Below are positions 8,555-18,846 of a stretch of 64,000 nucleotides of DNA, in pieces (within the stretch, counting starts at the first letter, position 1; each line of letters starts with the position of its first letter). The notes beneath the pieces are model-generated. The model was not told where the DNA came from. It saw only the letters and a list, made by a program, of their open reading frames with translations, and did not search any database. The stretch covers positions 362-64,361 of the forward strand of contig JBAUVZ010000217.1 in the NCBI GenBank assembly GCA_049583505.1, in the 5' to 3' direction. Made by a program: the position numbers and the translations under genes. Origin of the DNA: Candidatus Sulfotelmatobacter sp. Lineage in GTDB: Bacteria > Acidobacteriota > Terriglobia > Terriglobales > Acidobacteriaceae.

Positions 8555-9703
8555 CTACTGCCCTTGATTGATCGTCGCTTGATACATCGCCTGCAGCAGG
8601 TCTTGGGAGTGCCCGTCGTAGTCGGCATCGAGCGACCACATGAAAGTACCGCCCAGCCCAAGGATCCAATCGGAGTATGAGACCCGGAGATAAGTCGAAA
8701 CCGGATCATCGTAGGTAATGTAGCCATCCGTCCCATCGGTTCTCAGCATGTACGGAACGAGTGCAATTGGGTCATAGAACGTCTCCCACCCATCCCGGTT
8801 GACACGATTCTTCATGAATGGCGCGTAATTCTCCGTCAAAACGTACTTGTTGTTGCACTCTTGGTCCTTGTCAGTCAACGAGTTCGGACACACTCCGAAT
8901 AACTGGTTGATGTTGGTGTAGAAATAGCCATAAAAGGGAGTTCCCATGTTCAGTTGGAGGGGCGGGACTACATTGAGAAATATCTTGGCAGCTCCCGCGG
9001 CACTGCCTCCCGGTTGGCACTCCCAGGGCTCGGGATCGTGCCCGTCCCAAAAAATCGGCGAATTGAGCTGGCCGTCATCGGTCCAGGGCCCGGCGCAGTC
9101 GTACATCATGATATTGAAATAGTCGATCGATTTCTGCAGTTGAGCGAGATCGTAACCGTATCCACCCCAGGGCGCTGCGTCGATGGACAGAACGTAGTCT
9201 GAGTTCGTGTCGCGGAGTCCCGCCATGAGTTCTACAAAGAAGTCGCGATCCTGCGTCGTCGCCGGATACTCCCAGTCGATGTCGAAGCCATCGTAGTCAT
9301 GTTTTGCAGCGAAGGCTGTAAGTTTCTCGATCAGGGTTAGAAGGGTGCCATTGGCCTCAACCCCGGGGAAGTCGCCGCCAATGAGCAGAAGAACCTTCAC
9401 CCCATTCGCATGTGCCTTGGTGATGAGGTCGGGCTCAAGGAAGCCACTGGGAACGGACAACGAACCATCTGCGTTAAAAGACACGCCAGCATGGTTTATG
9501 TGCGTCAACATGTTAAATGGAATCTGCGCCGCGCTGTAAGGTGGGTCCTCCGTCCTAGTCCAATAGCCGTAGTCGCCCACTATCCGTTTGGGGAGCTGTT
9601 GCGCGGCAGTGGAATCCTGCGCATAGGTCGGTTGAGAGAGAATCGCGCTGGCCGGAACAGCCAGCAGCAGCAGGCAAACCGGGAACCGTGAAAGGAATCT
9701 CAT
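8555..9703 (-). CDS. Glycoside hydrolase family 18 (chitinase-like), secreted
   Basis: Catalytic DGFDIDWEYP (DxxDxDxE) motif. Signal peptide MRFLSRFPVCLLLLAVPASA. Confidence 0.85.
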   Translation of the reverse strand: MRFLSRFPVCLLLLAVPASAILSQPTYAQDSTAAQQLPKRIVGDYGYWTRTEDPPYSAAQIPFNMLTHINHAGVSFNADGSLSVPSGFLEPDLITKAHANGVKVLLLIGGDFPGVEANGTLLTLIEKLTAFAAKHDYDGFDIDWEYPATTQDRDFFVELMAGLRDTNSDYVLSIDAAPWGGYGYDLAQLQKSIDYFNIMMYDCAGPWTDDGQLNSPIFWDGHDPEPWECQPGGSAAGAAKIFLNVVPPLQLNMGTPFYGYFYTNINQLFGVCPNSLTDKDQECNNKYVLTENYAPFMKNRVNRDGWETFYDPIALVPYMLRTDGTDGYITYDDPVSTYLRVSYSDWILGLGGTFMWSLDADYDGHSQDLLQAMYQATINQGQ

Positions 9704-9898
9704 TGACCTGTCCTCTGGGAGAAAGTTTCTTCGGGCATGTCCGGACTGGCCCGCGCCTAGCCCACCAAGGCGTCGAATCCGAGCATTCTACTACCGATTC
9801 AGGGCAGGTCGCGTACTAAATTTATCGACATCAACGACCCGAAGTAACACCAAAAGCCGCGCCGGACGCCTTCGTTGCCGGAGAAGGTGAGAAATCGG

Positions 9899-9946
9899 TC
9901 AATCTTTCAAAGCGTTAATCCTTCAAAGCCTTAATCCTTCAAAGCA
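9899..9946. repeat. 16-bp tandem repeat x3 spanning the stop codon of the 9931-11451 gene
   Basis: TCAATCTTTCAAAGCG / TTAATCCTTCAAAGCC / TTAATCCTTCAAAGCA. The last copy encodes the C-terminal ...ALKD plus the stop codon on the minus strand. Confidence 0.8.
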
Positions 9947-11451
9947 AGGACGGACACCGAGAAGGGCAGCAAGCGGACTTTCACATCTGCAACATTTTGC
10001 ATCATTGTGTCGGGTGACGTTCCTCCGATAGTCTGGATTGCAGCCCCCAAACATTCTTTCGGAAGCTCTACCGTAACCTCACGATTTCTCTGGTTAATCA
10101 GCAGCAACTTTCGGTGGCCGTCTCTGGTAAAAGCCTGGGCTTCGATGGCGTCGGACTCTGCCAGCGAACCATTGCTTCGTACTTCGGTGTCAGGAAGCTC
10201 GTCCCCTGGACCAAAATTATTCTTGAGCAGCTCCAGAACGGTGAAGCGTGCATTGGGTTTGCCGTTCGTCCAATCGACCATGCTGACACTCGGAAACTGA
10301 GAAGGGTAGCCGACGAGCTGCGATTCGCCCACGGTGTCGACGCCAAGTTTCGCCAGTTCGGCGTAGAGGTAGGCATACAAGGCTCCACTCAGATTCCAGT
10401 AGGCGGGGGGAATCGGTTTCTCTACGTGATTGGGCTCGCCTTGAACCATGTCACCGTTAAGGATTGAGCCGGCTTCGTTGACCATTATCTTGGTTGACGG
10501 CGACAGTCGATCCCGAATCTGAAGGATGTAGCGCGTGACCGCAAGAAACTCGCTTGCCTGACTAAAAAAGGTGTACTGCCAGTCCTCCAATGTTTGATCT
10601 CCCGATGGCGTGGCATAGACATGGAAGGAAATGTAGTCCAACGGCACACCCGGCTTGTGGTTCTTCGGGTCCAGAAAATATGCGAAGGTTCGCGGCGCCT
10701 CGGACGGAGAGGAGAGGGCAAGAGCAACAAACTTCATCTGCGGCGCGACCTTCAGCACCGCCTGCGTTATGGCATCGTAACGTTCTACGTAATGCTGGGG
10801 TGTGGTGTCGTGTTCTCCGTCAATCTCGTTGAAGACCTCCCAGTAACGGATGTCGTAGTGATGGCCCGAGGCGTGGAGTTTCCCCAATTCGTCGGTGAAG
10901 CCACCCTGCGTGTACCAGGCCGCCAGCCGCGCATAGTAGTCGGCGAGCGCCCCGACATCGTGGAGCTCGGTGCCTTGCGAATAGTCCCAGAAAACTTGAT
11001 TAGGATCATCCGGATACAAGACCGGCTTGGGCGTCTCGAACATCCACTCGGGGATGGTGCTGAAGCTGAAGACCGGGCTGCGACCTTCCGACGCATGCAG
11101 GAAGTCCTCGACCACGGGATCGATGTATTGGAAGTCCCAGAAGGTCTGGTTAGCGTCGGGAGGGCGCAACTCTGCAACGGCGAGTTTCGGATATGGATAC
11201 CAGAAGGCATAACGAACATAGTCAGTCCCCAGCCTGTGGAGAGCCTCGAGCGAGGCGTCGTGAATGGGTGATCCACGGCGCAGCATCGGATTGACAACGG
11301 CTTGCAGCGTGGGGACGGTGCGGTTGGGTGTTTTCTTCTCCCACTTCACAACCACTGAGGGTGCGCCCTGCGCAAGCAGGACACCGCTGGCGATCACCAC
11401 GAACAGCGCGAACATCAGAACGATTCGGTAGTTTTCTGTTTTCTTATGCAT
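9931..11451 (-). CDS. Clan GH-A glycoside hydrolase (GH39-like), secreted
   Basis: YWEVFNEID (acid/base NE motif) and MVNEAGS (candidate nucleophile). An N-terminal hydrophobic signal appears when started at ATG 11451. The exact GH family was not determinable by eye. Confidence 0.7.
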   Translation of the reverse strand: MHKKTENYRIVLMFALFVVIASGVLLAQGAPSVVVKWEKKTPNRTVPTLQAVVNPMLRRGSPIHDASLEALHRLGTDYVRYAFWYPYPKLAVAELRPPDANQTFWDFQYIDPVVEDFLHASEGRSPVFSFSTIPEWMFETPKPVLYPDDPNQVFWDYSQGTELHDVGALADYYARLAAWYTQGGFTDELGKLHASGHHYDIRYWEVFNEIDGEHDTTPQHYVERYDAITQAVLKVAPQMKFVALALSSPSEAPRTFAYFLDPKNHKPGVPLDYISFHVYATPSGDQTLEDWQYTFFSQASEFLAVTRYILQIRDRLSPSTKIMVNEAGSILNGDMVQGEPNHVEKPIPPAYWNLSGALYAYLYAELAKLGVDTVGESQLVGYPSQFPSVSMVDWTNGKPNARFTVLELLKNNFGPGDELPDTEVRSNGSLAESDAIEAQAFTRDGHRKLLLINQRNREVTVELPKECLGAAIQTIGGTSPDTMMQNVADVKVRLLPFSVSVLALKD

Positions 11452-11484
11452 TTGGTTAAGTTGCACGTTTATGAGCACTCGCTC

Positions 11485-13149
11485 TTACACAAGACTCAGC
11501 TCCAGCTTGGTGACGGAAGCGGGTGCGATTTGGATAGTGAGCACTCTTCCCGTCGATTGCAAGTCTCTGATCTGCGGAGTCACTACGTTTCGTTGATCGA
11601 AGGTGTTGTGAGCATGAAGATCGGAATTTGTGAGCACGGTTGTCGTCCCTGACTTTGTGGAGGCGCCTCGAACTGTGATTTCCGTCTCTCGGATTTCGCT
11701 CACGCTCGGGTTTACAACGGTGAGTACCAAATTCTTGGCATGCAGCGATGCGGAACCCTGCAATCCCCAGAACGGCGTTGGCTTGCCATCGCGCGCGTAT
11801 TGGACGTTTGGGGCCGAAATGATTGTGCGCACTGCCTGACCTCCCTGGTGTGCGGCATACATTGCGAAAGCATGGCCCACCGGCGTTACACAGAATTTAT
11901 CTCCATGGGCAAGGTAAAGGCTGTTCAGACAATTAATCAGCTGCGCCGGACTTGCCAGAGTGACCTTTTCCGGATGCCGGTTAAAGATATCAAGAGTCAT
12001 TGCGCTGAACAGGGCATCTCGGAGCGTGGGGACCTGCTCGAGGAAGTTATCCGCCGTGAGTTGACTGCCAGGACGATACCATTGACCCCATTCGTCAACC
12101 ACCAGCTTTACCCGATGTGCAGAATCAAACTCGCCCATCGCCTGCCAGTGACCCTCAATCAGAGATTCCAGCCGGCCGCCTTCGTGCAATACTTCGTACC
12201 AGTCCTGAGCATCAAACTTAAGCGCCTCGCCCTTGCCCGCATCCCAGTCCTGGGTGTGCCCCCGGCTCAGGTTCCAGGAATAATAGTGGAGCGCCCAGCC
12301 GAAGATAGAGGTGAATAGATCTTTGTCTTTTCGAGCAATCTCTTCAAAGAACCCGCGTGTCCATTGCCAGTTATCCTCATTCGGGCCCGAGGCAATCAAT
12401 GACAACGGCTGCCCATACAGTGGCAACCAACTGGTAAACCTGCGGAACTCGACCGAATATTCCTGGGCGGTAAAATTGCCGCCGCATCCCCAGGATTCAT
12501 TTCCCACTCCCCAGTAGCGGACATTATAGGGTTCGACGACGCCGGAAGCGGCTCGTTCGTCCGCCAACGTGGTGCTGCCTGCGGGGGAATTACAATACTC
12601 CACCCAACGATAGAAGGTCTCGACCGGCAACCTGCGAACATTGGCAGCAAGATAGGGTTGACAGCCAATCAGCTTGCAGAAGAGCATGAACTCATCTGTG
12701 CCGAAGCGGTTGGATTCATAGCGGTGATTCGCGGGATCCGAGCTGGGCTCGGCCTCAATCCAAAAATTCGTTCTTCGTGGACGTTTAGCCGCCGGACCGA
12801 CTCCGTCGCGCCAGTCGTAACTGTCCGCAAAGCAACCGCCCGGATACCGAACCACGGGAGCTTTGATCTTGCGCATCTCATCGATCAGATCTTTGCGAAT
12901 GCCGCCGATATTTTGGACCTTCGAATTTTCTCCAACCCAAACACCGTCATAGATCACGCCACCAATATGCTCGATAAAGTGTCCGTAGATATTCGGAGAG
13001 ATCGTGCCCAAAACCTCGTCCGGCAAAACCTCAATGCAAGAGTCGGGCGCGCTCGATGTGATCGTGCTCGCCAATCGCGCGGGTCTGGCGAGCAAGAATG
13101 CCGCTGCACCTAATGCGCTGTTGCGGATGAACTCTCTGCGCCTGATCAT
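11485..13149 (-). CDS. Alpha-L-arabinofuranosidase, GH51, Tat-exported
   Basis: RYPGGCFADSYDWRDGVGP and YWGVGNESWGCGG are GH51 hallmarks. Tat signal MIRRREFIRNSALGAAAFLLA. Confidence 0.85.
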   Translation of the reverse strand: MIRRREFIRNSALGAAAFLLARPARLASTITSSAPDSCIEVLPDEVLGTISPNIYGHFIEHIGGVIYDGVWVGENSKVQNIGGIRKDLIDEMRKIKAPVVRYPGGCFADSYDWRDGVGPAAKRPRRTNFWIEAEPSSDPANHRYESNRFGTDEFMLFCKLIGCQPYLAANVRRLPVETFYRWVEYCNSPAGSTTLADERAASGVVEPYNVRYWGVGNESWGCGGNFTAQEYSVEFRRFTSWLPLYGQPLSLIASGPNEDNWQWTRGFFEEIARKDKDLFTSIFGWALHYYSWNLSRGHTQDWDAGKGEALKFDAQDWYEVLHEGGRLESLIEGHWQAMGEFDSAHRVKLVVDEWGQWYRPGSQLTADNFLEQVPTLRDALFSAMTLDIFNRHPEKVTLASPAQLINCLNSLYLAHGDKFCVTPVGHAFAMYAAHQGGQAVRTIISAPNVQYARDGKPTPFWGLQGSASLHAKNLVLTVVNPSVSEIRETEITVRGASTKSGTTTVLTNSDLHAHNTFDQRNVVTPQIRDLQSTGRVLTIQIAPASVTKLELSLV

Positions 13150-13300
13150 GACCGTGCCCGACTCCAGAGATAGACGAGTGCCGCTCTTGGACTTCGCATC
13201 TCAGCTTCTGGGTTTATAGGATGAGATAAGCAACTTTCCAAACTTTTGAAATGCGGGAAGAGTATATACTCCCTTCGTCCTGCTAAAGCCCCTTTTAATC

Positions 13301-15892
13301 ATGCATCACTCTCCGAGCCCCTTTCGGCCAAACTGGCTGTCTCCGGCGGGACTCGTTTTGGGTTGCGGTCTGCTCTTTCTTTCCTCCGTTGCATTTGCTG
13401 AGCAGTCCAGGCAAACCCTGGAACTTTCACGGCCCATTCGATCATGGGAGTTCGTTTCGGCCGTGGGCACGCGTGCCGGGGTGTTCGGGAAAGAACAAGG
13501 AACTCTGGAAGCGTGGGTCTACCCGTTGAAAATCCTGCGTGATTTTCATTTGCGGTTCCATATCAATGGCGCCACGCTGCCTGCGGAAGCTCTCGCCCGA
13601 ACTTTGATAGTTCATCCAGAGTCGAACACCATTGTCTACAGCGGCGACGTTTTTTCCGTCCGCGAAACTTTGTTCGTACCGGTGCATGAATCTGGCGCCA
13701 TTATCGCCTTTGAAGTTGACACCGCCGAGCCTCTGGAAATCGAGGCTGTTTTCGAACGTGATTTTCAGCTGGAGTGGCCCGCAGCTCTTGCCGGAGTTGG
13801 TGAAGAGTGGGATCCAACGCTGCGCGCCTTTCGTTTCGGAGAAGAATCGGGAAAGTTTGAGGCCCTCGTCGGTTCTCCCACAGCGGTCAAGAGCTCCGAA
13901 GAATACTCCACCAACTATTTCTCCTCTCAGCAGGACTCCATTCTTCTGGGCCCGACAAAAAAAGGGAGCGAGACCAAGCTCATCGTCATTGCCGCAGCGT
14001 TCGAGGGACCGGCAGCGCTGGCGAAACTCTACGATCACTTGGCAAGAGACTATTCGGAGTTGTTGCAGAGCTCCACAACGTATTACCGCGACTATCTGGA
14101 GCGCACGATTAGCCTGAAGCTTCCAGACGCTCAACTCGAAACAGCGTATGACTGGGCGAAAGTGAGCATGCAGCAAGGCGTCGTGCAAAATCCCTTTTTG
14201 GGGGAAGGCCTGGTGGCCGGGTTCAACACGTCAGGCAACGACTATCGCCCTGGCTTCGCCTGGTTTTTTGGTCGAGACGCGGAGTGGACTTCTTTGGCGC
14301 TGGACGCGGAGGGCGACTTCTCAACTGTCCGTAGCGCTTTGGAATTTCTCGGCAAATACCAGCGGGCCGACGGCAAGATCCCTCATGAAATCGCTCAAAG
14401 CGCGAGCTTTACGGATTGGTTCAAGAACACCCCGTACGCTTACGCCTCCGCGGACGCTACGCCGCTGTTCATTATTGCCGTGAACGATTACGTGACGCAC
14501 AGCGGAGACGTTGGATTTGCTCAGCAGAAATGGGATAACCTCTGGAGAGCCTACCAGTTTCTCCGATCCACGAATGACGCGCAGGGACTGGCAGAGAACT
14601 CCGGCGCGGGTACCGGCTGGATCGAAGGCGGGCCACTCTATCCGGTGCGCACTGAGCTTTACCAAGCATCGCTGGGCATCGAAGCTACACGCGCACTTTC
14701 TCGCCTTGCTCATCTCCTGGATAAAGAAGATCTTGCTCAAGAGATGGAGCAGACGTTCGAACGACAAAAGCCACTTCTGGATAAGACGTTCTGGTCCACT
14801 GAAAAGAAAATCTACGCTTATGCTCTCGATACAAATGACAACCGCGTTGATGTCGCCAGCGTCCTGGCCACGGTTCCGATGTGGTTCAAGCAGCTTAACG
14901 GAGATCAAGCTCGAAGCATGATCGACGAGCTCGACCGCCCCGATCATCAGACTGACTGGGGCATGCGGATTCTTTCTTCGCAGAACCCGAAATACAATCC
15001 GGGCGGATATCACTATGGAACCGTATGGCCGCTATTCACTGGCTGGGCATCGATCGGGGAGTATAGGTACCATCGCCCGTTTCCCGCCTACTCGAATTTG
15101 CGGGCCAACGCTCTACTTACTCTGAACGGATCACTGGGCCACGTCGCTGAAGTTCTTTCCGGCGATTACTTTCAGACGCTAGCGACAGGAACCCCTCATC
15201 AGATTTGGTCGGCGGCTATGGTGGTCAATCCTCTGCTGAGCGGATTGCTTGGCTTGCAAGTAGACGCTACAAGTTGCCGGTTGGATTTCGCTCCTCACAT
15301 TCCAGCGGACTGGAGTTCGTTCTCCGTCGACAATGTGCGCCTTGGCGCAGTAGCGTTGAACTTAAATTACCAGCGGACGCCCGACAGTATTCGATTAGAG
15401 CTGCAATCGACGGGCACAGGACACTGCTCTCTGCAATTCTCGCCAGCGGTGAGTTTGCGCTCCAAGATTACGGGAGCTCGACTCAATGGACGCGCGCTGC
15501 CGTTTCAAATTGAAGCGAATTCATCGGATCAGCATGTAACCGTGACTGTCCCGATCATTGGTAACCGAAACACCATCGAAATCCGGATGAAGAATGACTT
15601 TGAGCTTAGCGAGGCATCGACTCTTCCAGCATTGGGGAGCACCAGCCACGGTTTGCGAGTGCTCTCTGAATCGTGGTCGTCGAAGCGGGACGCTCTAACC
15701 CTGGTAGTTTCGGGTGCGGCAGGAGAGAGTTATGAACTCTCCGCATGGAACCCGGACCAGATTTCTTCCATCGAAGGGGCTGCGCTTGAGAAGAAAGCCG
15801 GGGCAGCAGCGAAAGTCCGCGTACAATTTCCGGCGAGCGTGCCCGGAATCGATCCGCAGGCCACCGTGGTCTTTCATTTTGTAGGGAAGTGA
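13301..15892 (+). CDS. Six-hairpin glycosidase, amylo-alpha-1,6-glucosidase (GDE_C)-like, secreted
   Basis: GFAWFFGRDAEWTSLAL...GKIPHE...ADATPLF pattern typical of GDE_C / GH15-like (alpha/alpha)6 enzymes. Signal peptide present. Confidence 0.7.
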   Translation: MHHSPSPFRPNWLSPAGLVLGCGLLFLSSVAFAEQSRQTLELSRPIRSWEFVSAVGTRAGVFGKEQGTLEAWVYPLKILRDFHLRFHINGATLPAEALARTLIVHPESNTIVYSGDVFSVRETLFVPVHESGAIIAFEVDTAEPLEIEAVFERDFQLEWPAALAGVGEEWDPTLRAFRFGEESGKFEALVGSPTAVKSSEEYSTNYFSSQQDSILLGPTKKGSETKLIVIAAAFEGPAALAKLYDHLARDYSELLQSSTTYYRDYLERTISLKLPDAQLETAYDWAKVSMQQGVVQNPFLGEGLVAGFNTSGNDYRPGFAWFFGRDAEWTSLALDAEGDFSTVRSALEFLGKYQRADGKIPHEIAQSASFTDWFKNTPYAYASADATPLFIIAVNDYVTHSGDVGFAQQKWDNLWRAYQFLRSTNDAQGLAENSGAGTGWIEGGPLYPVRTELYQASLGIEATRALSRLAHLLDKEDLAQEMEQTFERQKPLLDKTFWSTEKKIYAYALDTNDNRVDVASVLATVPMWFKQLNGDQARSMIDELDRPDHQTDWGMRILSSQNPKYNPGGYHYGTVWPLFTGWASIGEYRYHRPFPAYSNLRANALLTLNGSLGHVAEVLSGDYFQTLATGTPHQIWSAAMVVNPLLSGLLGLQVDATSCRLDFAPHIPADWSSFSVDNVRLGAVALNLNYQRTPDSIRLELQSTGTGHCSLQFSPAVSLRSKITGARLNGRALPFQIEANSSDQHVTVTVPIIGNRNTIEIRMKNDFELSEASTLPALGSTSHGLRVLSESWSSKRDALTLVVSGAAGESYELSAWNPDQISSIEGAALEKKAGAAAKVRVQFPASVPGIDPQATVVFHFVGK

Positions 15893-15944
15893 GCGCGCAA
15901 TGCTTTAGGTAGCGGCTTTTGAAAATTATGGAGAGCGATGCGAA

Positions 15945-17651
15945 ATGCCTCAAAACTTCAGGTTCATAGCTTTACTAGTTGTCGGTGTGTGCCTTGCACT
16001 TTCTTTTTCCGAGGCGCAGGCAAGGGCGGTGGATGCCGAAGGCCACGCGTGGTGGCAGCATGCCGTTTTCTATGAAGTCTATCCGCGCAGTTTTGCCGAC
16101 AGCAACGGCGATGGTATCGGCGATCTCAGAGGGATCGAGTCCAAGCTCGACTATCTGAAGCAACTCGGCGTGGACGCCATCTGGATCACGCCCTGCTATC
16201 CCTCGCCCCAGGTCGATTTCGGCTACGACGTTTCTGATTACGAGAATATCGATCCCATGTACGGAACCTTGGCCGATTTCGACCACCTGGCAAAAGCCGC
16301 AAAAAAAAAGCACATCCGCATCATCATGGATTTCGTCATCAACCACACTTCTGACCAGCATCCGTGGTTCCTGGATTCAAAGTCATCGCGCACGTCCGCT
16401 CATCGCGACTGGTATATCTGGCGCGACGGCAAAGGCGACGGCCAACCTCCCAGCAATTGGATCTCAGGTTTTGGAGGTTCAACGTGGCGGTTCGATCCGA
16501 CAACCGGTCAGTATTACTACCACTACTTTGCCACCGCGCAGCCTGATCTGAACTGGCGCAACCCAGCCGTGGAAAAGGCCATGTTCGATGTCACTCGATT
16601 CTGGTACAAGCACGGCGTCTCCGGGTTTCGTCTGGATGCGGTTGATCTATTGTTCGAGGACCCCGATCTGCACGACAATCCTGTTCTGCCGGGAAAGAAC
16701 GAACTGGGCGACCTGAAAACGGACGAAAAATACAATGACAAACTGCCGGAGAATCATGACGTTCTTCGCCGCCTCAGGACCGTTGCGGACGAAAGCAATG
16801 CCGTTCTGGTGGGTGAGACCTACACGGAGAGTGCCGCCGAGCTAAAGGAATATTATGGGGCTCACAACGATGAAATCCAGTTGCCCATGGATTTCATGTT
16901 CTGTACTCTCGACAAGCTTTCCGCGCCCGATTTCCGCAAGCAGATTGCGCTTGCCGAGTCCACAGGCGGCTGGCCGACCTATGTCATTGGCAATCATGAT
17001 ATGGCGCGGTCCTTTGTGCGCTACGGTGACGGGAAGCACAACGACCAGATCGCCAAGCTGATGGCCGGTCTCTATCTGACGCTGCGGGGCACGCCGATCA
17101 TGTATTACGGCGAAGAGACCGGCATGGAGAACAATGATCCCATACGCAAGGAAGATGTGAAGGATCCGATGGGAATTACGGGGTGGCCGGGATACAAAGG
17201 CCGTGACGGCGAGCGCACTCCCATGCAATGGGACGACTCTGCCAACGCGGGTTTCACTCAGGGAACACCGTGGCTGCCCGTTCCGCCGAGTGCGAAGACA
17301 CACAATGTTGCGAGCGAATTGAACGATCCCGACTCCATCTTGCAGTTTTACCGGCAGTTGTTGGTATTACATCATCGAAATCATGCCCTTCTGGACGGAG
17401 ATTACGTCGCGTTGAACCAGGACGATCCCAACGTGCTTGCCTATCTGCGGCGATATAGGAAAGAGGCTGTGCTGGTCGTTCTGAATATGTCAGGAACGGC
17501 GCAGCAGGTCAGATTTAATCTCTCCGCAGAAGGCTTCTCGTCCACTAAGGCCAAGACTCTACTCACGACCTCGGCGCCAGCGCCCAGTGGCCAGTTGGAT
17601 CAGATCGCTCTGGAGCCATTCGCCGTCTACATCGCACAGGTCTCGCGATGA
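15945..17651 (+). CDS. GH13 alpha-glucosidase / oligo-1,6-glucosidase family, secreted
   Basis: WWQHAVFYEVYPRSFADSNGDGIGDLRG, DFVINHTS, GFRLDAVD, GETY and NHD conserved GH13 regions. Signal peptide MPQNFRFIALLVVGVCLALSFSEAQA. Confidence 0.9.
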   Translation: MPQNFRFIALLVVGVCLALSFSEAQARAVDAEGHAWWQHAVFYEVYPRSFADSNGDGIGDLRGIESKLDYLKQLGVDAIWITPCYPSPQVDFGYDVSDYENIDPMYGTLADFDHLAKAAKKKHIRIIMDFVINHTSDQHPWFLDSKSSRTSAHRDWYIWRDGKGDGQPPSNWISGFGGSTWRFDPTTGQYYYHYFATAQPDLNWRNPAVEKAMFDVTRFWYKHGVSGFRLDAVDLLFEDPDLHDNPVLPGKNELGDLKTDEKYNDKLPENHDVLRRLRTVADESNAVLVGETYTESAAELKEYYGAHNDEIQLPMDFMFCTLDKLSAPDFRKQIALAESTGGWPTYVIGNHDMARSFVRYGDGKHNDQIAKLMAGLYLTLRGTPIMYYGEETGMENNDPIRKEDVKDPMGITGWPGYKGRDGERTPMQWDDSANAGFTQGTPWLPVPPSAKTHNVASELNDPDSILQFYRQLLVLHHRNHALLDGDYVALNQDDPNVLAYLRRYRKEAVLVVLNMSGTAQQVRFNLSAEGFSSTKAKTLLTTSAPAPSGQLDQIALEPFAVYIAQVSR

Positions 17652-18820
17652 AGGAGGTTCGCGTGAGGAAAATTAGCCAACGACAGCTTTTGTGGTTACA
17701 GGCGATTCTTCTTGGCATCATTCTGACGTGCGGCTCTGTCCGGGCCCAGTCGGATGGCGGTCAGAGCGCAACGCTTTCCAGCCTTGCCTCACCCCATGCG
17801 TATGTTCAGAAGCGGGCTTCCAGCTATGACCGCACCGGCGGCAACGACGACTTTTACAAAATTGCTGCCGGAGACACGATCACACTGCTCGATGACTCCG
17901 GCCCCGGAATCATTACCCATATCTGGATCACCATCGCTTCGCCGGAGCAGTATCACTTAAAAAAACTTGTTCTACGCATGTATTGGGACGACGAACGCTC
18001 GCCGAGCGTCGAAGCTCCAATCGGCGATTTCTTCGGCCTCGGTCTTGGCGACTACTTCCAATTTGAATCCATCCCACTGTCTGTGGCTTCGGATAAAGCC
18101 TTGAACTCGTTTTTCCCCATGCCTTTTCGGAAACGAGCCCGAATCACCGTCACCAACGAAGGACGCGAAGGCGTCGATGCGTTTTATTTCAACATCGACT
18201 ATCAGGCCTTGCACAAAGACCTTGCGGCCGACACCATGTATTTTCACGCACAGTACCGTCAAGCAACGCCGGCCAAGGGCTGGACCAGTCAATGGGAATC
18301 AAACGACACACCAGCCGTGACCGCGAAGAAAAATCTTGATGGAGAGAACAATTACGTGTGGATGGAAGCGACCGGCCAGGGACACTTTGTCGGCGTGACC
18401 ATGTCAGTTCTTCAGAACCAGGACGGCTGGTGGGGCGAAGGCGACGACATGTTTTTTGTCGACGGAGAAAAGCGTCCCTCCATTAACGGCACTGGATCGG
18501 AAGACTACTTTCTGGGAGCTTGGGATTTTGGCGACCATCCGTTCTCCTATGCCATGTTCGGAGCACCGGTGAAAGGCGCCGAGCTTGCGGGTAGCCGATC
18601 TTCCGTGTATCGGTTTCACCTGGATTCGCCGATCCCTTTCGCCACATCTCTCAGAGCGACGATCGAGCATGGCCACGCCAATCATCGCTCCGACAACTAT
18701 TTCTCTGTCGCGTATTGGTACCAGAGGGAGCCGCATGCCGCTTTTCCTGCGCTGCCTCCGGTCGAACAGCGCCTTCCCCGTATTTATCCCGTGGGAGGTC
18801 CGGGAAATGCAATGAAGTGA
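17648..18820 (+). CDS. DUF2961 / GH172 family glycoside hydrolase, secreted
   Basis: SSYDRTGGNDDF...GPGIITHIWIT is the DUF2961 signature. The ATG overlaps the GH13 stop (ATGA at 17648-17651). Confidence 0.8.
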   Translation: MKEVRVRKISQRQLLWLQAILLGIILTCGSVRAQSDGGQSATLSSLASPHAYVQKRASSYDRTGGNDDFYKIAAGDTITLLDDSGPGIITHIWITIASPEQYHLKKLVLRMYWDDERSPSVEAPIGDFFGLGLGDYFQFESIPLSVASDKALNSFFPMPFRKRARITVTNEGREGVDAFYFNIDYQALHKDLAADTMYFHAQYRQATPAKGWTSQWESNDTPAVTAKKNLDGENNYVWMEATGQGHFVGVTMSVLQNQDGWWGEGDDMFFVDGEKRPSINGTGSEDYFLGAWDFGDHPFSYAMFGAPVKGAELAGSRSSVYRFHLDSPIPFATSLRATIEHGHANHRSDNYFSVAYWYQREPHAAFPALPPVEQRLPRIYPVGGPGNAMK

Positions 18821-18846
18821 CCATTTCCGAGCAATCGAGAGTCGCG

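Noticed and set aside
8359-8736. 125-aa minus-strand ORF overlapping the 3' end of the GH18 gene
   Set aside because: It is out of frame with and overlaps a well-supported gene, and its composition is Arg/Ser/Pro-rich. It is likely spurious.
18715-18846. Upstream extension of the FGE-fusion ORF overlapping the GH172 gene by 105 nt
   Set aside because: The extension is Arg/Ser/Gly-rich with no signal peptide. ATG 18847 removes the overlap and gives a hydrophobic N-terminal segment.
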